From positions 275,590,001-275,654,000 of the forward strand of contig NC_088791.1 in assembly GCF_011386835.1 (NCBI RefSeq): a DNA stretch of 64,000 nucleotides, given 5' to 3'. A model generated the notes under the pieces. The model was not told the origin of the DNA. It did no database searches and worked only from the letters and a program-made list of their open reading frames with translations. This DNA is from Chrysemys picta bellii. Taxonomy: Eukaryota. Below, in pieces: positions 49,541 to 62,513 of this stretch; positions within the stretch are counted from its first letter, which is position 1, and each line of letters opens with the position of its first letter. A program made the translations under genes and the position numbers.

Positions 49541-50824
49541 TCACACCGTAGCCTGGCCAATCATGACACTGGTTTTCAAAACTTCTCTGATGCGCAGCGC
49601 GCCCTGCTGTGCTCTTCTAATCTCCCTGGTGTCTGGCTGCGCGTAATCAGCAGCCAGGAGATTTACCTCAACCTCCTACCCCGCCATAAACGTCTCTCCC
49701 TTACTCTCACAGATATCATGGAGTACACAGCAAGCAGCAATAACAATGGGAATATTGATTTTGCTGACGTCTAACCGAGTCAATAAACTGCGCCAGTGTG
49801 CTTTTAAACGTCCAAATGCACATTCTACCACCATTCTGCACTTGCTCAGCCTATAGTTGAACTGTTCCTTACTACTGTCCAGGGTGCCTGTGTATGGCTT
49901 CATGAGCCATGGCATTAAGGGGTAGGCTGGGTCCCCAAGGATAACTATAGGCATTTCAACATCCCCAATGGTTATTTTCTGGTCTGGGAAGTAAGTCCCT
50001 TCCTGCAGTTGTTCAAACAGACCAGAGTTCCTGAAGATGCGAGTGTCATGTACCTTTCCCGGCCATCCCACGTTGATGTTGGTGAAACGTCCCTTGTGAT
50101 CCACCAGTGCTTGCAGCACCATTTAAAAGTACCCTTTGTGGTTCATGTACTGGCTGCCAAGGTGGTCTGGTCCCAAGATAGGGATATGCATTCCGTCTAG
50201 CACCCCACCTTAGTTAGGGAATCCCATTGCAGCAAAGCCATCCACTATGATCTGCACATTTCCCAGAGTCACTACCCTTGATAGCAGCAGCTCAGTGATT
50301 GTGTTGGCTACTTGGATCACAGCAGCCCCCACAGTAGATTTGCGCACTCCAAATTGATTCCTCACTAACCAGTAGCTGTCTGGTGCTGCAAGCTTCCAGA
50401 GGGCTATCGCCACTCACTTGTGAACTGTGAGGGCTGCTCTCATCTTAGTATTCTTGTGCTTCAGGGCAGGGGAAAGCAAGTCACAAAGTTCCATGAAAGT
50501 GCCCTTACACATGCAAAAGTTTCGCAGCCATTGGGAACCATCCCAGACCTGCAACACTATGCAGTCCCACCAGTCTGTGCTTGTTTCCCGGGCCCAGAAT
50601 CGGCGTTCCATGGCATGAGCCTGCCCTATTGCCACCAGGATGTTCAAATTGCCAAGGCCCGTACTTTGAGAGAAGTCTGTGTCTATGTCCTCACCACTCT
50701 CGTCACTGTGCTGCCGACGCCTCCTCGCCTGCTTTTGCAGGTTCTAGTTCTGAACATACTGCAGGATAATGTGTGAGGTGTTTACAATGCTCATAACTGC
50801 TGCGGTGATCTGAGTGGGCTCCAT
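49541..50824 (-). pseudogene. Harbinger (HARBI1-like) DDE transposase pseudogene
   Basis: One frame of 427 codons with 5 in-frame stops and no frameshift. Catalytic motifs LDGMH, GDPAYP and VECAFGRLK are retained. Confidence 0.92.
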
Positions 50825-51530
50825 GCTTGCCATGCTATGGCGTCTGCAGGAGAGCAGAGTTGCAGCGGAAGCGGTGGCTGACGAAAGATGCCACGAGAAT
50901 AGATATTTATAGAGAACGACGAGAGGATCAGCGAGGTGGATTCAAGAGAGCAGGAGAGCAGAGTTGCAGTGGAAGTGGAAACCCATGACAGCCAACAGGG
51001 AGAAATTCGCTATTGATCGAGACAATTGCAGGAGAGAAGAGTGGCAGCAGAAGCGGTGGTTGGAAGACCAGTTTTTCCGACCTATTGCACCGTCTGCAGC
51101 CAGAGCAGGAGAGCAGAGTGGCAGCGGAAGCGGTAGTTCGATGACGATGGTTAACAGTCCTATTGCACTGTCTGCTGAAAGCAGTATGGTGCCCGCACGG
51201 AAAAAAGGCACAAAACAATTGTTTGCCGTTGCTTTCCCAGAGGGAGGGGCGACTGATGACATGTACCCAAAACCACCTGTGACAATGTTTTTGCCCCATC
51301 AGGCATTGGGAGCTCAACCCAGAATTCCAATGGGTGGTGGAGACTGCAGGAACTGTGGGATAGCTACCCACAGTGCAACGCTCCGAAAGTCTACGCTAAC
51401 CTCGGTACTTTGGACGCACTCCACCAACTTAATGTGCTTAGTGGGGACACACACAATCGACTGTATAAAACTGCTTCCTAAAAAATGGATTTCTATAAAT
51501 TCGACCTAATTTCATAGTGTAGACATACCC

Positions 51531-51670
51531 TCAGAAGCCCTAAGACTCTACTGAGCATGCTCCAGCCAGTGTGGGAAGAAGTTTTGCCAAGATGGAGGCT
51601 CATTCATGGTCTATGTGAACCTGTACCAGAATAAAATCTCTTTACAGTTCCACAGTTTCTATGTACTACA
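51531..51670 (+). repeat. 3' LTR, right part
   Basis: GAAGCCCTAAGA...GTGAACCTGTACCAGAATAAAA...TACTACA followed by TSD AATAT. Confidence 0.88.
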
Positions 51671-52188
51671 AATATTGATCTCTATCCTAAAATATGATTC
51701 ATGCATTGGATTTCTGAGATGGTGTTTTGGACTATCGGGGAGAGCAGACAGTTTCAGCACACTCCCCCACAGTAACAAGTCCAGTGATTTGGAAGCTATT
51801 TAGGCTGTATGGTCCCAAATTTTGATAATGGGGAATTTAAAATTCATATTTCTAGATAATTCTAATAAGTACAATTATACAAAGACAATTGGATAAATTA
51901 GTTCTCTTAAGCCTGCCTACTGGAATTAATGATTTAGCAATGTATTTTACAACTAACATTATTAATTTAGCTTCTTGTCCTTAAACTTTCCAATTTTGCC
52001 TTAGTAGACAAGGTTACCTAGGTGTCTGCAGTATTATCAAAATTTTCCTAACAATGAATCCTGAAAATTCAGCAAAAATAAATGGTACAAAGGGAGGGCC
52101 ATAAAGTACTTTCAAACTAGTTTTATCCCTAAATTGGCCATTAGGTGTCACTGTTGTTTTTACTTATGACATTTTCTTTTCATGTTCA

Positions 52189-52368
52189 CAGTGGTGTTGT
52201 AGCTGTGTCAGTCCCAGGATATTAGAGTGACACGGTGGGGGAGGTGATATCTTTTGTTGGACCAATTTCTGTTGATGAGAGAGACAAGCTTTTGAGCTTA
52301 CAGAGAGCTGGAGAAGAGCTCACCAGAAGTTGGTCCAATAAAAGATATTACCTCACCTGCCTTGTCTC
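52189..52368. mobile_element. Penelope-like pLTR inverted pair (hairpin)
   Basis: GAGGTGATATCTTTTGTTGGACCAATTTCTG is inverted to CAGAAGTTGGTCCAATAAAAGATATTACCTC. Confidence 0.7.
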
Positions 52369-55300
52369 CTTTATTTTCTTTTCATGAAAATTTAGTTTAG
52401 TTACTGTTCCACATGCTCTGTCTGAACAATTCAAAATATTGTGCTTACGGAGCACCAAGATTCCACTTTAAACAAGACACTCCATTTATTTTCATGTATG
52501 ATGGATATAACATTTTATTTATATTATCACAATACTGTACAACGTGGCTCTATTGGTCAAATAATTGTTTTGCTAATAGGAACTTCCTGGGGAAGGGTTT
52601 GCAGAAAGAGGGTACTTTACAGTTGGACCTAGACATAGTCAGGCTTGGGTTCAACCTGATGTGTTCTGGCAAGGAGTTGTATACAGATGGTCCTCTTACA
52701 GAGAACACTGTTCTCCACCAGCAACCAATACTCTGAACCTGGTATCTCCTGTTGCACTGTCCCTGTGGAGACGTGGAGAGTGAGGTGGCCTCTAAGGTAG
52801 TTAGCTTCCAATTCACTAATATTTATGAATTAAGATGAGAGCTTTGTATTCTGAAGGGAAATGAGGAATCCACAGAGAAGGGAAAAAATATGGCATTGGA
52901 GCTAATGCTGTCCCTATGTCCCTATTGAAAGCAATGACAAAGCCCCCAACTGACTTCTATAGTGTAGGATGAAGGCCTTACACAGGTTTTTAACAATGTA
53001 ATTTCCCGTTAGAACACTTACATTCATAGGCTCTTCTTGTAGTGGGATTCCCTTTGTTTTGAGTCACATAGGGGGTACTGAATATTTTCAAAGAGTTGGA
53101 CATTCTCCCCAAGTTTTATTTTCATTAATTCATAGTCATTTTCACTGATCAGAGCAAAATCAAGGAATTTCCTCCCGACCCTTTTTCATGAGACCACTGC
53201 GCAATCAACACTTGCCAGTTTCGTTTTACAATTTAAATTTATTCTCAGCTTTAAAAAGAACAGGCTTTGGATGTTGCATCTGTTTTAAAAGGCAGGAAAC
53301 ACATTCAGGGTAACAAGATGCGGCTTCAATTGCTATAACTCTAAAGACACAGCTATGACTAAATGTGTCTGGATGATGAGAGAGATGCATGTTTGCCTAC
53401 CAAACAAAGCCATAATGTTCGACTCACGCTCAGGTAATTATGGCATCAGTGGTTCCCTGGGGACTTCTGGACATAAGCAAAGAGACCATGTCTACTTTAT
53501 GATGTGTTTGCATTCCTGAGAGCACCAAATTATGGCCACGACTAATGGGCTGAAGATGCTTAAAGCAGGTCTAGGGCAGGTCATGTGCAATATACCACCA
53601 TTTTGAAAGCTATCGCATTGAGGGAACACCATTCAAAACCTAATTTAAATAATGTTAATGCCTGCCATGAAGATATATTCTGACATTTATAGGTTTTATG
53701 TCTATTTCTGCACTTTGCTGAAATGGATGGGCTGTGGGTGGACCTACAATTATTGTTGCACATTAATAATGTTGAGAGAAAAATTGTGGAGGCAGCTTGC
53801 ATTATGCCGAGGTAAATACAGATGAGAGAGAAACTACCAAGTTATTTTCTGGTATAACATATTTATGTAAATAACAATTGGAAAGGTTCTAGTCACTTAT
53901 TTTAGCTGCTGAGATGTCTAAAGCTTTGAGTAAGGGGACCTAAGAGAAAGGAAGGAGTTTTCACCAATACTAAGGAGGAAAAAAATCAAAACCTCCTTTC
54001 AGCTCATTACAAACGTTAATAAATTAAATGTTATGACACCCCCTTGGGGTATGTGTATATACATGTGTAAATATATATTCCCATTTGTATAGCTAGGGGA
54101 AATGAGGCACTTATGTTATGAACGGTCTGTGGGAGAGCCAGGGATAGACCCCCCAATCTCCTAACTCCCTTTTCTTTGGTTTAATCAAAGTCTAAATTCT
54201 TCCCCTCACTGACATGTACAAACAAAATAAAATGTACTAACTTACAAGTCCCTCTCTTCCCTGTTTTCCAATTCCTCCCTTCTCAGATGTCATCATCTGC
54301 TTTAATTATTTCAACAGTATTTATTTGTACTTTTCTATTTTTCCTTTCCTTTATCTCCCCCCCCCCGTTAGCTTGTCTTTGCTTTTCTGTTTCTTGAAAG
54401 TCAAATATTTCTTCATGTCTTTTTTTTTTTTTTTTCAATTTATTTCCCATTCTGTTTCCAATTGTTTAGCTTGTTGCTCTCTCTATACTCTGTCCTTTCT
54501 CCTGTGACCCTATCTCCTTTTCCCTTCTGGCCTCCTGATCTTTTGCTTTCAGCTCTCCTGCTGTCTATGTGTCTGTAGTGGTCCCCCCCCCCCCCTTCTG
54601 GAACAGCTGCTCCCCAATTGTGCAGCCTTCCCCTTCTCCTTTTCTTCAGAAGGGCTGGGAAAAGAAAGCTTTAGAATAGCCAAGGTTCTTTGGCCATTTC
54701 TTTGATTTGTGCTGACTTTACCTGCTTCCTACTATGGGAGCACAATGACACCTCCAAATAGAACACATCCAGCATCCAGAGAATTCTATTTCTGACAGCA
54801 CCCTGGGCATTGGAATTTCTGCCCTGCTTATGAAGAGGCAGATATCCTTGTCTATCAGTTACTCAGGGATAGTTGGCATACTCATGCTGAGTTTACACAC
54901 AAGCAATAGAAGATGATGCTCTATATGCACGACAGCTGGCTCCCTGTTAAAGTTCCAGGATTTTGATGCAAATTTAACTAACCCACTCCGTGGTGGTGCT
55001 TTTTTCCATCTCTCAGTGAAAATGAGCTTGCCATGGTTAGACCGCATCAGAGTAAACTTTTGTTTCCTGGTTTGTGGGGAAAGGTTGGGGTGGGTGAATT
55101 GGTTATGGTGATGATGAAAAAATGGAAATAGGGCGGAAAAGCCATAAGAAAGCATAAGGACTTTTGGTGTTAGACTGACTGATTCATTTGCATGGATATA
55201 TCAAACAACATAATAACGATAGGCGGCCTTGCCAAGTTATGAGTATTTTTGGCCTCTGAACATCTGTCCCACTTATTCCACACAATAAATTGATCCTATC

Positions 55301-56471
55301 TTTTCTAGTACCACCTGAATGAACCATGGCACCCAGAGAAAAGAAAGCATCATTACAGTGCCTTGTTTCATGTGCTAGTTGGCAAACGTGAACTTTGCAG
55401 GATATATTTGTTATTTGCAATGCAGTAGTATACAGAGGCTTCAGTCAGGATCAGGGCCCCATCGTTCGGAGTGCTGTACAAACCAAGAATAAGAGACATG
55501 TTGTGCCTAAGGAAGTACAATCATATCTAAGGCAAGATGCAACAAGTGGTTGTAACGAACAAACAAGTAAACAAAAGGATTTATGTGTTACCGGTTAAGA
55601 ACATGGTTATAGAGACTAGCTATATGTTCATGTAGGTAGTCTTAGCTCATTCAACATTTTTATTATTTTAATTTAACTATAAGAAATAAACAAAAATAGA
55701 TTTCAGTTACTTACTGGCCACTTGCCTAGCCACTAGGTAGCCTAGCCAAACCCTTAATTATGTGCTCTTGTGTGCAGGAAAGGAAAGTGATGGGGCTGTG
55801 GAGGAGAATTGTAATGTTGTATTGCATACCTTCTGTGTTATAGAGTAGGACCTATCTACTGGGTCTGAATGTCTAACTCACAAAAACGTTGATTTGTACA
55901 ATGGTTAAATATTCCTGCTACATTACTGAGTCCATGCTCTGTAAACAAACGATAGAGTCCCCAGACAGAGGATATATCAGATATTAAACTGACACGTTTT
56001 TTCTCAATGTGGAGGGGAGGTGTCCATGATAAGAAAAGGCTCACAAACCTCTGAAATAAAATGAATACATAACAAGACAATAGGACACTAGATGTACAAA
56101 ATTGCATGGCCACCCATAATTTAAAACTATGAATAGGATTGTTTGGGGGAAGTGGCACCAGTGCCTTCAGCTCTTGCTGAAAGGGCCTGGACTTAAAACC
56201 ATTTAGGAGGAGAGATTGAAAAACGGTGTAAAATTTAGAAACAAAATGGAGATGGTTTGTCTCCCACAGGAATAATTCACACTTCTGAGATGCTTTTCCT
56301 ATCCACAGACTTCCATTTTCTCCTGTAACAAATGGAATTGCAAGTGCTTGTCACTTCTGAGGACCAGGATCTTATGGAGAAGAACCCACGTGACATGCTC
56401 TCAATAAGCCTGGAAATACTTAAACTCCTCTGGGATCAAGTTTACTTCTGAACTTGAAAACCAGCCTTCTT

Positions 56472-56756
56472 GTATACGTCTACACTACCCGCCTGAATCG
56501 GCGGGTAGAAATCGACCTCTCGGGGATCGATTTATCGCGTCCCGTTGGGACGCGACAATCAATCCTCGAATCAACGCTCTTACTCCACCAGCGGAGGTGG
56601 GAGTAAGCGCCGTTGACAGAAAGTCGCAGAAGTCGATTTTGCCGCCGTCCTCACAGCGGGGTAAGTCGGCTGCGATACGTCGAATTCAGCTACGCTATTC
56701 ACATAGCTGAATTTGCGTATCTTAAATCGACTCCCCCCTGTAGTGTAGATGTACCC
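56472..56756. mobile_element. Harbinger-type MITE
   Basis: TIRs ..TACGTCTACACTAC / GTAGTGTAGATGTACCC with many TCGA motifs. An older related remnant follows to ~57000. Confidence 0.85.
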
Positions 56757-59731
56757 TAAGGAAATTCGTGGTGGTGTAATTACATCAGCGCAAATATCTA
56801 GTGTGGACATGCTGCACTGACAAAAACCAGGGCTGACAATGCTGCCGCTTAATCGGGAAACATACAGATGTAAACACCATCCTGGCCTATGAGTAGATGA
56901 CACTGCAGCAGTATAAGCCCTCTTTGTGTCAATGCAGGGGTTTGCACTGATGTAGCTACACAGATGCAGTTAGTGGAACAAATTTCCTTAATGTACAGAA
57001 GGCCTCAGACTGGATTTGTCAAAATGTTCACAAGCCCTGCTCATGGTCTAGAATGATTTATGTTGCTGTAGCAAACACTCATGGCTCTATATGTGTTTTT
57101 TACCCACGTAAAACTAGATGAAACTCAGAAGTTTTCACTGTGTTTTTTTGAATGACAGAACCAGCAATTAGGTGCAGAACTCTGAGTGTGAATGTACAGG
57201 AATCAGAGCAGGGGTAAATGTTAGCAAAACCGCTTCCTTTAGGATGAACCCTCCACATCTCTTTTAGCATGTTTGCTTTGCTATAATGGCCAATTCTCAA
57301 GTACTGGACACTTACCACTCCCTTGGTATACCTCCCATTTGAAGTGTGGGCAATACAGTAAATATTGTAGTAAAGATAAATCCTGGTATGTTAGACACTA
57401 TTTTTAATGGCACTTGCTGCATTACACAGTTTATTTAGATAAGATTTTCCTGGTTGGGACTCTGGTAGCAGTATAACAAAATGCTAATGCAGTATTATTA
57501 ATTTTTTGGGGGTAACTTTAATCATGCATTTGTATTTCAGTGCTGGAATGTATCGTAAAAGTTAACACAGCTCTTCAAATTGTTCCTCTTTCTATAAGCG
57601 CGGGCTACATAATAGAGATTTAGTGGGCTGTAAACAGGATGTCGTACCGTGTCCTCCGTCAAAAATTAATGATGGCAATGAAGATTAAATTATTCTTCCG
57701 TGAAAGTACAGCGCATACATGGGAGATGTTTGCAGGCAGGCTTAAAATAGGCCATTCCCTGAGGGCAGCCTGGAGAGCTTGCTGTCTCCTCCCTGTTCCT
57801 GGGGAAAGCCTTGGTCTGCCACAAAGGGGAGCTGTGCTTGATTTTTGCAGAAACGCACAACACAAAGGAAGGCTTTTGTTTTTCTCATTCCAGGTGGGCA
57901 CTATTCAGATCTATCTTAGGCTGTGGTATTCATGTAATATGATATTTGGCTACCTGCAGTGTAATCCCATTGCTCCAATTTGCACTGCTGGTGTCCTTTA
58001 ACTGTCCTTCATTGCGAGAATTCTTTGCATTTTGGTCTGTGGGGATTCATTGTGAATTCAACTATGCACATTTGCAGGGGGGAGGGGGAGTATTTCACAA
58101 TTGGAAATTGAAAACCTCCAACATGTCTATACATCATATACTTCTACTAAAATCATCTTCCTTTGATTATTTCTGGATGCTATGTGAACATGTTAGCGGG
58201 GAGAAGAAACATGTAATTGCTGAGACAGGTTTGTTCTGATGTTGGCCAGTATGAATAGTCTGGTGTCAAGCAAAGCTGTTTAATTTGGGGCATGAATTTC
58301 TATCGAGGCAGCTTCTGGGAAACCGGTGCTGTTTCTTGAATTTCATTTTATGCCTGTAGATGGCTCCATGTCTCTATGTAGGGTTTCAGTTGCCTGGTTT
58401 CAGTTAGTTCAGAGTATTCCCAAAGCTGCCTGCTTTTACATTCTCCAAGCTTGTTTTCCATATTACCACTCTGTAAAGATGTAAATATTAAACAGAAGAT
58501 TTCATGCCTTTTTACAAGGGCATGGCTTTCTATGGGAATTCACTCTTGATATCATGGAGAATATTAAGAAACTACATCTTCTGTGGAACACGTCACTGTG
58601 ACCTGTTATTCCCTTTTGAAAGAGCGGCTAAAACAATTCAGGCTCAATTATCTTTGTCTTCTCACTGCAGTTATTGGTTGGACTCCTGGAAAATCAGCAG
58701 ATTTTGTTTTTTGTTGTTTTTAAATTCCCCTCTCTCTTATTCTTCACTGCATCCAGTGAATTTACTTGTTTCGCTTATTCTACCTTATGTTTCTTCTAAC
58801 ATGCATTCTCTTGTGGGTAAATCTTTATAGCTGTGTCCAGTCCTGGAAAAAAAATCTTCTCCTGTTGTTTCTGAAGCCTAATGTTTGAGAGGTTAACATG
58901 TTTGGGTACACCTGGGATGTAGAGGATGACAGAAGTTACAGAGGGAAAAGACCTGCTATACTGAATCCATCTCTCTGCAAGTGCAGAATTATAGTCCCTT
59001 GGTAAAGAATGTATCTGTATTAAACAGATATTGCACTTGATCTTGGACATACTCAGTATGTTTGGATGGAAAGTACCCTTTGTATGCTTCAGATTTTAAT
59101 CTGCCTTGAAAACGTTTGGTGAACTTTAACAGTGTGGTGGGGGGGAATAAGAAATATCCTTGTATTAAAATAGTGTAAATTTGTCTGCTGCAATTTCCTC
59201 TGCAGTCCTTCACTTACTTTTTTTCCCCCAGGATACACTCACTATTTACAGATCACTAAAAGATTGTTGTTGCTTGTCTCAGAATTAATTAAGTAGCTTA
59301 TATCACTCTGTTAGAATGACTCAAACAAATAAAATGTGCAGGAATATAATTCCATTTTGATGTTGGCAGCTGGAAGCTACCAGCACTGGACATCACTATG
59401 ATAATCCACAGAGTGGCTAGCTATGATACTGAGGATGTCAACCAGGTAAATGAATGCTCAATTCAAGAACACTGCAAAAGTCACTAATGTTGAAGTCACA
59501 CATGCATAGCCACAATAGTCATTGAACAAAAACTTATTTTTGTATGTGTTGTGGTATCATAAAACACTGGAGTTGGGAGAGGAAAATGCACTTCTTCCAT
59601 TTTAATTTTTTTAGTCATGTTTGCATCCAATTTTGTATAGTAGTCATTGGGATTTTGTGGTATAATACCTGGGCTAGATCCAGAAATTGGATGCACCAGT
59701 GAGTTCAAGATGTGCAGGGGGCATGCCTGTG

Positions 59732-60211
59732 CAGGGCTGGTGGAAGGATGTTTCGTACCATAGGCGAAACTTCCACCTTGCGCCCCCGTCCCCGAGCCCC
59801 CGCTGTGGCAGCTCACCCCCTCCGCCCTGAGGCGCCCCCCCCCGCGGCAGCTCCCCACCCCCACCCTGAGACACCCTCCCCCCTGTCCCAGCTCACCCCT
59901 GCCCCGCCTCCTCCCCGAGCATGCCGTGGCTGCTTCACTTCTCCCACCTCCCAGGCTTGCGGCGCCAATCAGTGTGCTCGGGGGGGAGGCGGGGCAGGGG
60001 TGAGCTGGGGCGGGGAGTTCCCCTGCATGCCGCTCCCCCCCCCGGCTGCTCCCTGTGCTCCACTGCCCCAGCTCCCTCTGCCTAAATGCCGGCGGCGACC
60101 GGGCCGGACGAAGATCCGGCCGCCGCGGTCGCTGCCGAAGAAAATGGCGCCTCCCAAATCCTAGCGCCCTAGGCGACCGCCTAGGTCGCCTAAATGGTTG
60201 CACCAGCCCTG
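59732..60211. mobile_element. hAT (Tip100-like) MITE
   Basis: TIRs CAGGGCTGGTG / CACCAGCCCTG. Perfect 8-bp TSD TGCCTGTG. Confidence 0.92.
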
Positions 60212-61497
60212 TGCCTGTGTGAAGTCCAATGGAAGTCCAGGGTGCAGCTTGGTGGATCTAGTTTAGAATTTAATCCTCTTACTGTGTTGTAATTTTATCC
60301 AAATAGTAACCAGAAATCTTTTAGGGTACCATATGACCCCTTCTACCTCCCAAGCTCGTTTATTTTGGTAGTGGTAATTCCTCCCTAGTCCTGGTCTTCG
60401 GATCAATAGAAAAGCATATTTTTTGTTCCTTGATATCAAGAACTCTACCTTTGTGAGACCTTGCCAAGGGAGATACTTGATCATCTGTTTGGATTTACTT
60501 TTATCAGAAACCCGATGTTCTGACTGAGCCCACTAGGAACAATAGGCAATCTGGATTTCACAGTTATGATGAGATTTTCAGAATCACTCAAATAAAAAAA
60601 AAATGAGGGTCCGCTTCTTTGGGTTAGATGAAAGGGCCGGCATTACCCCTTGTGTAGGCATTTACACCTTTACAGAGTGAATGCAAAGAGAGTGTACAAC
60701 CACCACCAAATGAGATTCCTCCACTCACTTCCACACATGGTAGCATTTTACATCCACTTTGCTCAGGTGCAAATGACTGACAGCAGAGGCTGGATTGGGG
60801 GAGAAAAATGTATCTGTGTATCTTTAGAGTGTGGTGCAGACTGGGGGCAGGGAGGAAAGATGGGGAAAAAAATAACTCCCTTGAAAGAAAATGGGAGAGT
60901 GAGTTGGAGGAGCTCTGCAGGAGACCTTAGTGGGCTTCCACAAAGCTGAATGCAGGGCTTACAGTGGCTGTTTGATCTGTTATGGGTGTGAGGGAGAGGT
61001 GAAAACAAGTGGGAACACAAGCAGCAAAAGTATCCTGCTTTGAGCAACTCTTCACCACAAACAGCTGATCAGTTGATCCTACAAACACAGAAGAGAACTG
61101 TAGACATTGTAACTGAGGAAGTGGGGTATTATTTTCAGATGAGCAGCTCCTTTCTTTTTCTTTCTCCTGCATGGAGTCAGCAGAGAAGCAGACTCCCATC
61201 TACTACTTCAGCATTGACCAACCCCTGTAGACAGAGCTGCGGACAATGAGAAATCAATTGATGGTCACTGAAAAATAATACACCCAAAGGGTCAAATGTG
61301 GAGGAACCACTGTTCTTAATCTACCGTGCTGCATACTTATTGATCAGAAATGAACCCTGCCATAAATGAACATTTCTTTGCCTAATTTGTTTTCAGAGAA
61401 AAATCATTTGCTTAGTATTGGTGGAAATGAACACAAATACATTACATTAATTGTCTGGTGTCTGCTCAGAAAGACTTGAGTTCTTCAGAATATGTGG

Positions 61498-62145
61498 TGT
61501 GACAGACCCAGACCAGTGGGGTACAGGAGTCTGGTAGAGGGCAAATATACTGGTCACTAGATGAGTAGTTTTCTGTTCCCTGAGTGACCAGAGCAGGGGC
61601 TGCACTAGAGTAATCAGGAACCTGCTAGAACCAGTTAAGGCAGGTAGGCTAATTAGGACACCTGGAGCCAATTAAGAAGAAACTGCTAGAATCAATTAAG
61701 GCAGGCTAATCAGGGCACCTGGGCTTTAAAAAGGAGCTCACTTCAGTTTATGGTGTGAGGAGCTGGGAGCAAGAGGTGCAAGGAGTTGAGAGTGTGCTGC
61801 TGGAGGACTGAGGAGCACAAGCGTTATCAGACACCAGGAGGAAGGTCCTGTGGTGAGACTAAGGAAGGTGTTTGGAGGAGGCCATGGGGAAGTAGCCCAG
61901 GGAGTTGTAGCTGTCATGCAGCTGTTACAGGAGGCACTATAGACAGCTGCAGTCCACAGGGCCCTGGGCTGGAACCCGGAGTAGAGCCCGGGTTCCCCCC
62001 AAACCTCCCAATTGACCTGGACTGTGCCTTCTTCCAGAGGAGAAGGTCTTTGGGCTGTTCCCCAACCCACATGATGAATCTCTGAGGCAAAAAAATCCAC
62101 CAATAAGCGCAGGACCCACCAAGATAGAGGAGGAACTTTGTCACA
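61498..62145 (+). mobile_element. Solo LTR (Gypsy-like)
   Basis: TGTGACA...TGTCACA termini with 4-bp TSD GTGG. Confidence 0.9.
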
Positions 62146-62513
62146 GTGGTTAGTGGCAGAAGTACAAGGCAAATTTGAAAGTATAGATTTTTTTAAAGTA
62201 TTTTTGTCTCCAATATCTACTTTTACCCAAAAGTTTAGATAAGTTTCTCATAAATATCCATATTTTTCCAGCCTTATCTGACTGAAACCTCCAATCCTTG
62301 TCACATGCCCATCACAATATTTGTTTTTTTCTGGTCATGTGACACTAGATCTTAGAATAAACTGTTCAAAATCAGAGACTAACTGAAGCATGGTAGAAAG
62401 AGAGGATGAAGTAAGTAGTTAAGAAGAAATACTTTTTCTGCACTTACTGGATATCTCAAAGGCATATGCTGTATATAATTTTATTGTATGTATTTGTGGG
62501 AAATATATATCAT

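Larger units (their letters stand above)
47293..51530. mobile_element. Full-length PIF/Harbinger DNA transposon
   Basis: Right TIR AGTGTAGACATACCC; left TIR GCCCTGATCTACACT (diverged). TTA/TCA flanks. Convergent Myb-like and DDE ORFs. Subterminal (A/G)TCGA(A)TT motifs. Confidence 0.93.
40370..51670 (+). mobile_element. Decayed Ty3/Gypsy LTR retrotransposon with nested insertions
   Basis: Paired LTRs, 5-bp TSD AATAT (40365-40369 and 51671-51675), PBS, PPT and remnants in gag-PR-RT-RH-IN order. Confidence 0.9.

Noticed and set aside
49541-50824. Host gene HARBI1
   Set aside because: It has five stops, sits between TIRs next to a Myb-like ORF and is inserted in an LTR. It is a transposon copy, not the domesticated gene.
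50846-51136. CRISPR-like repeat-spacer pattern
   Set aside because: Degenerate repeats, irregular spacers, a vertebrate transposon context and no cas genes.
50964-51509. 181-aa plus-strand ORF
   Set aside because: It spans the repeat-containing subterminal region of the Harbinger and has no recognisable domain.
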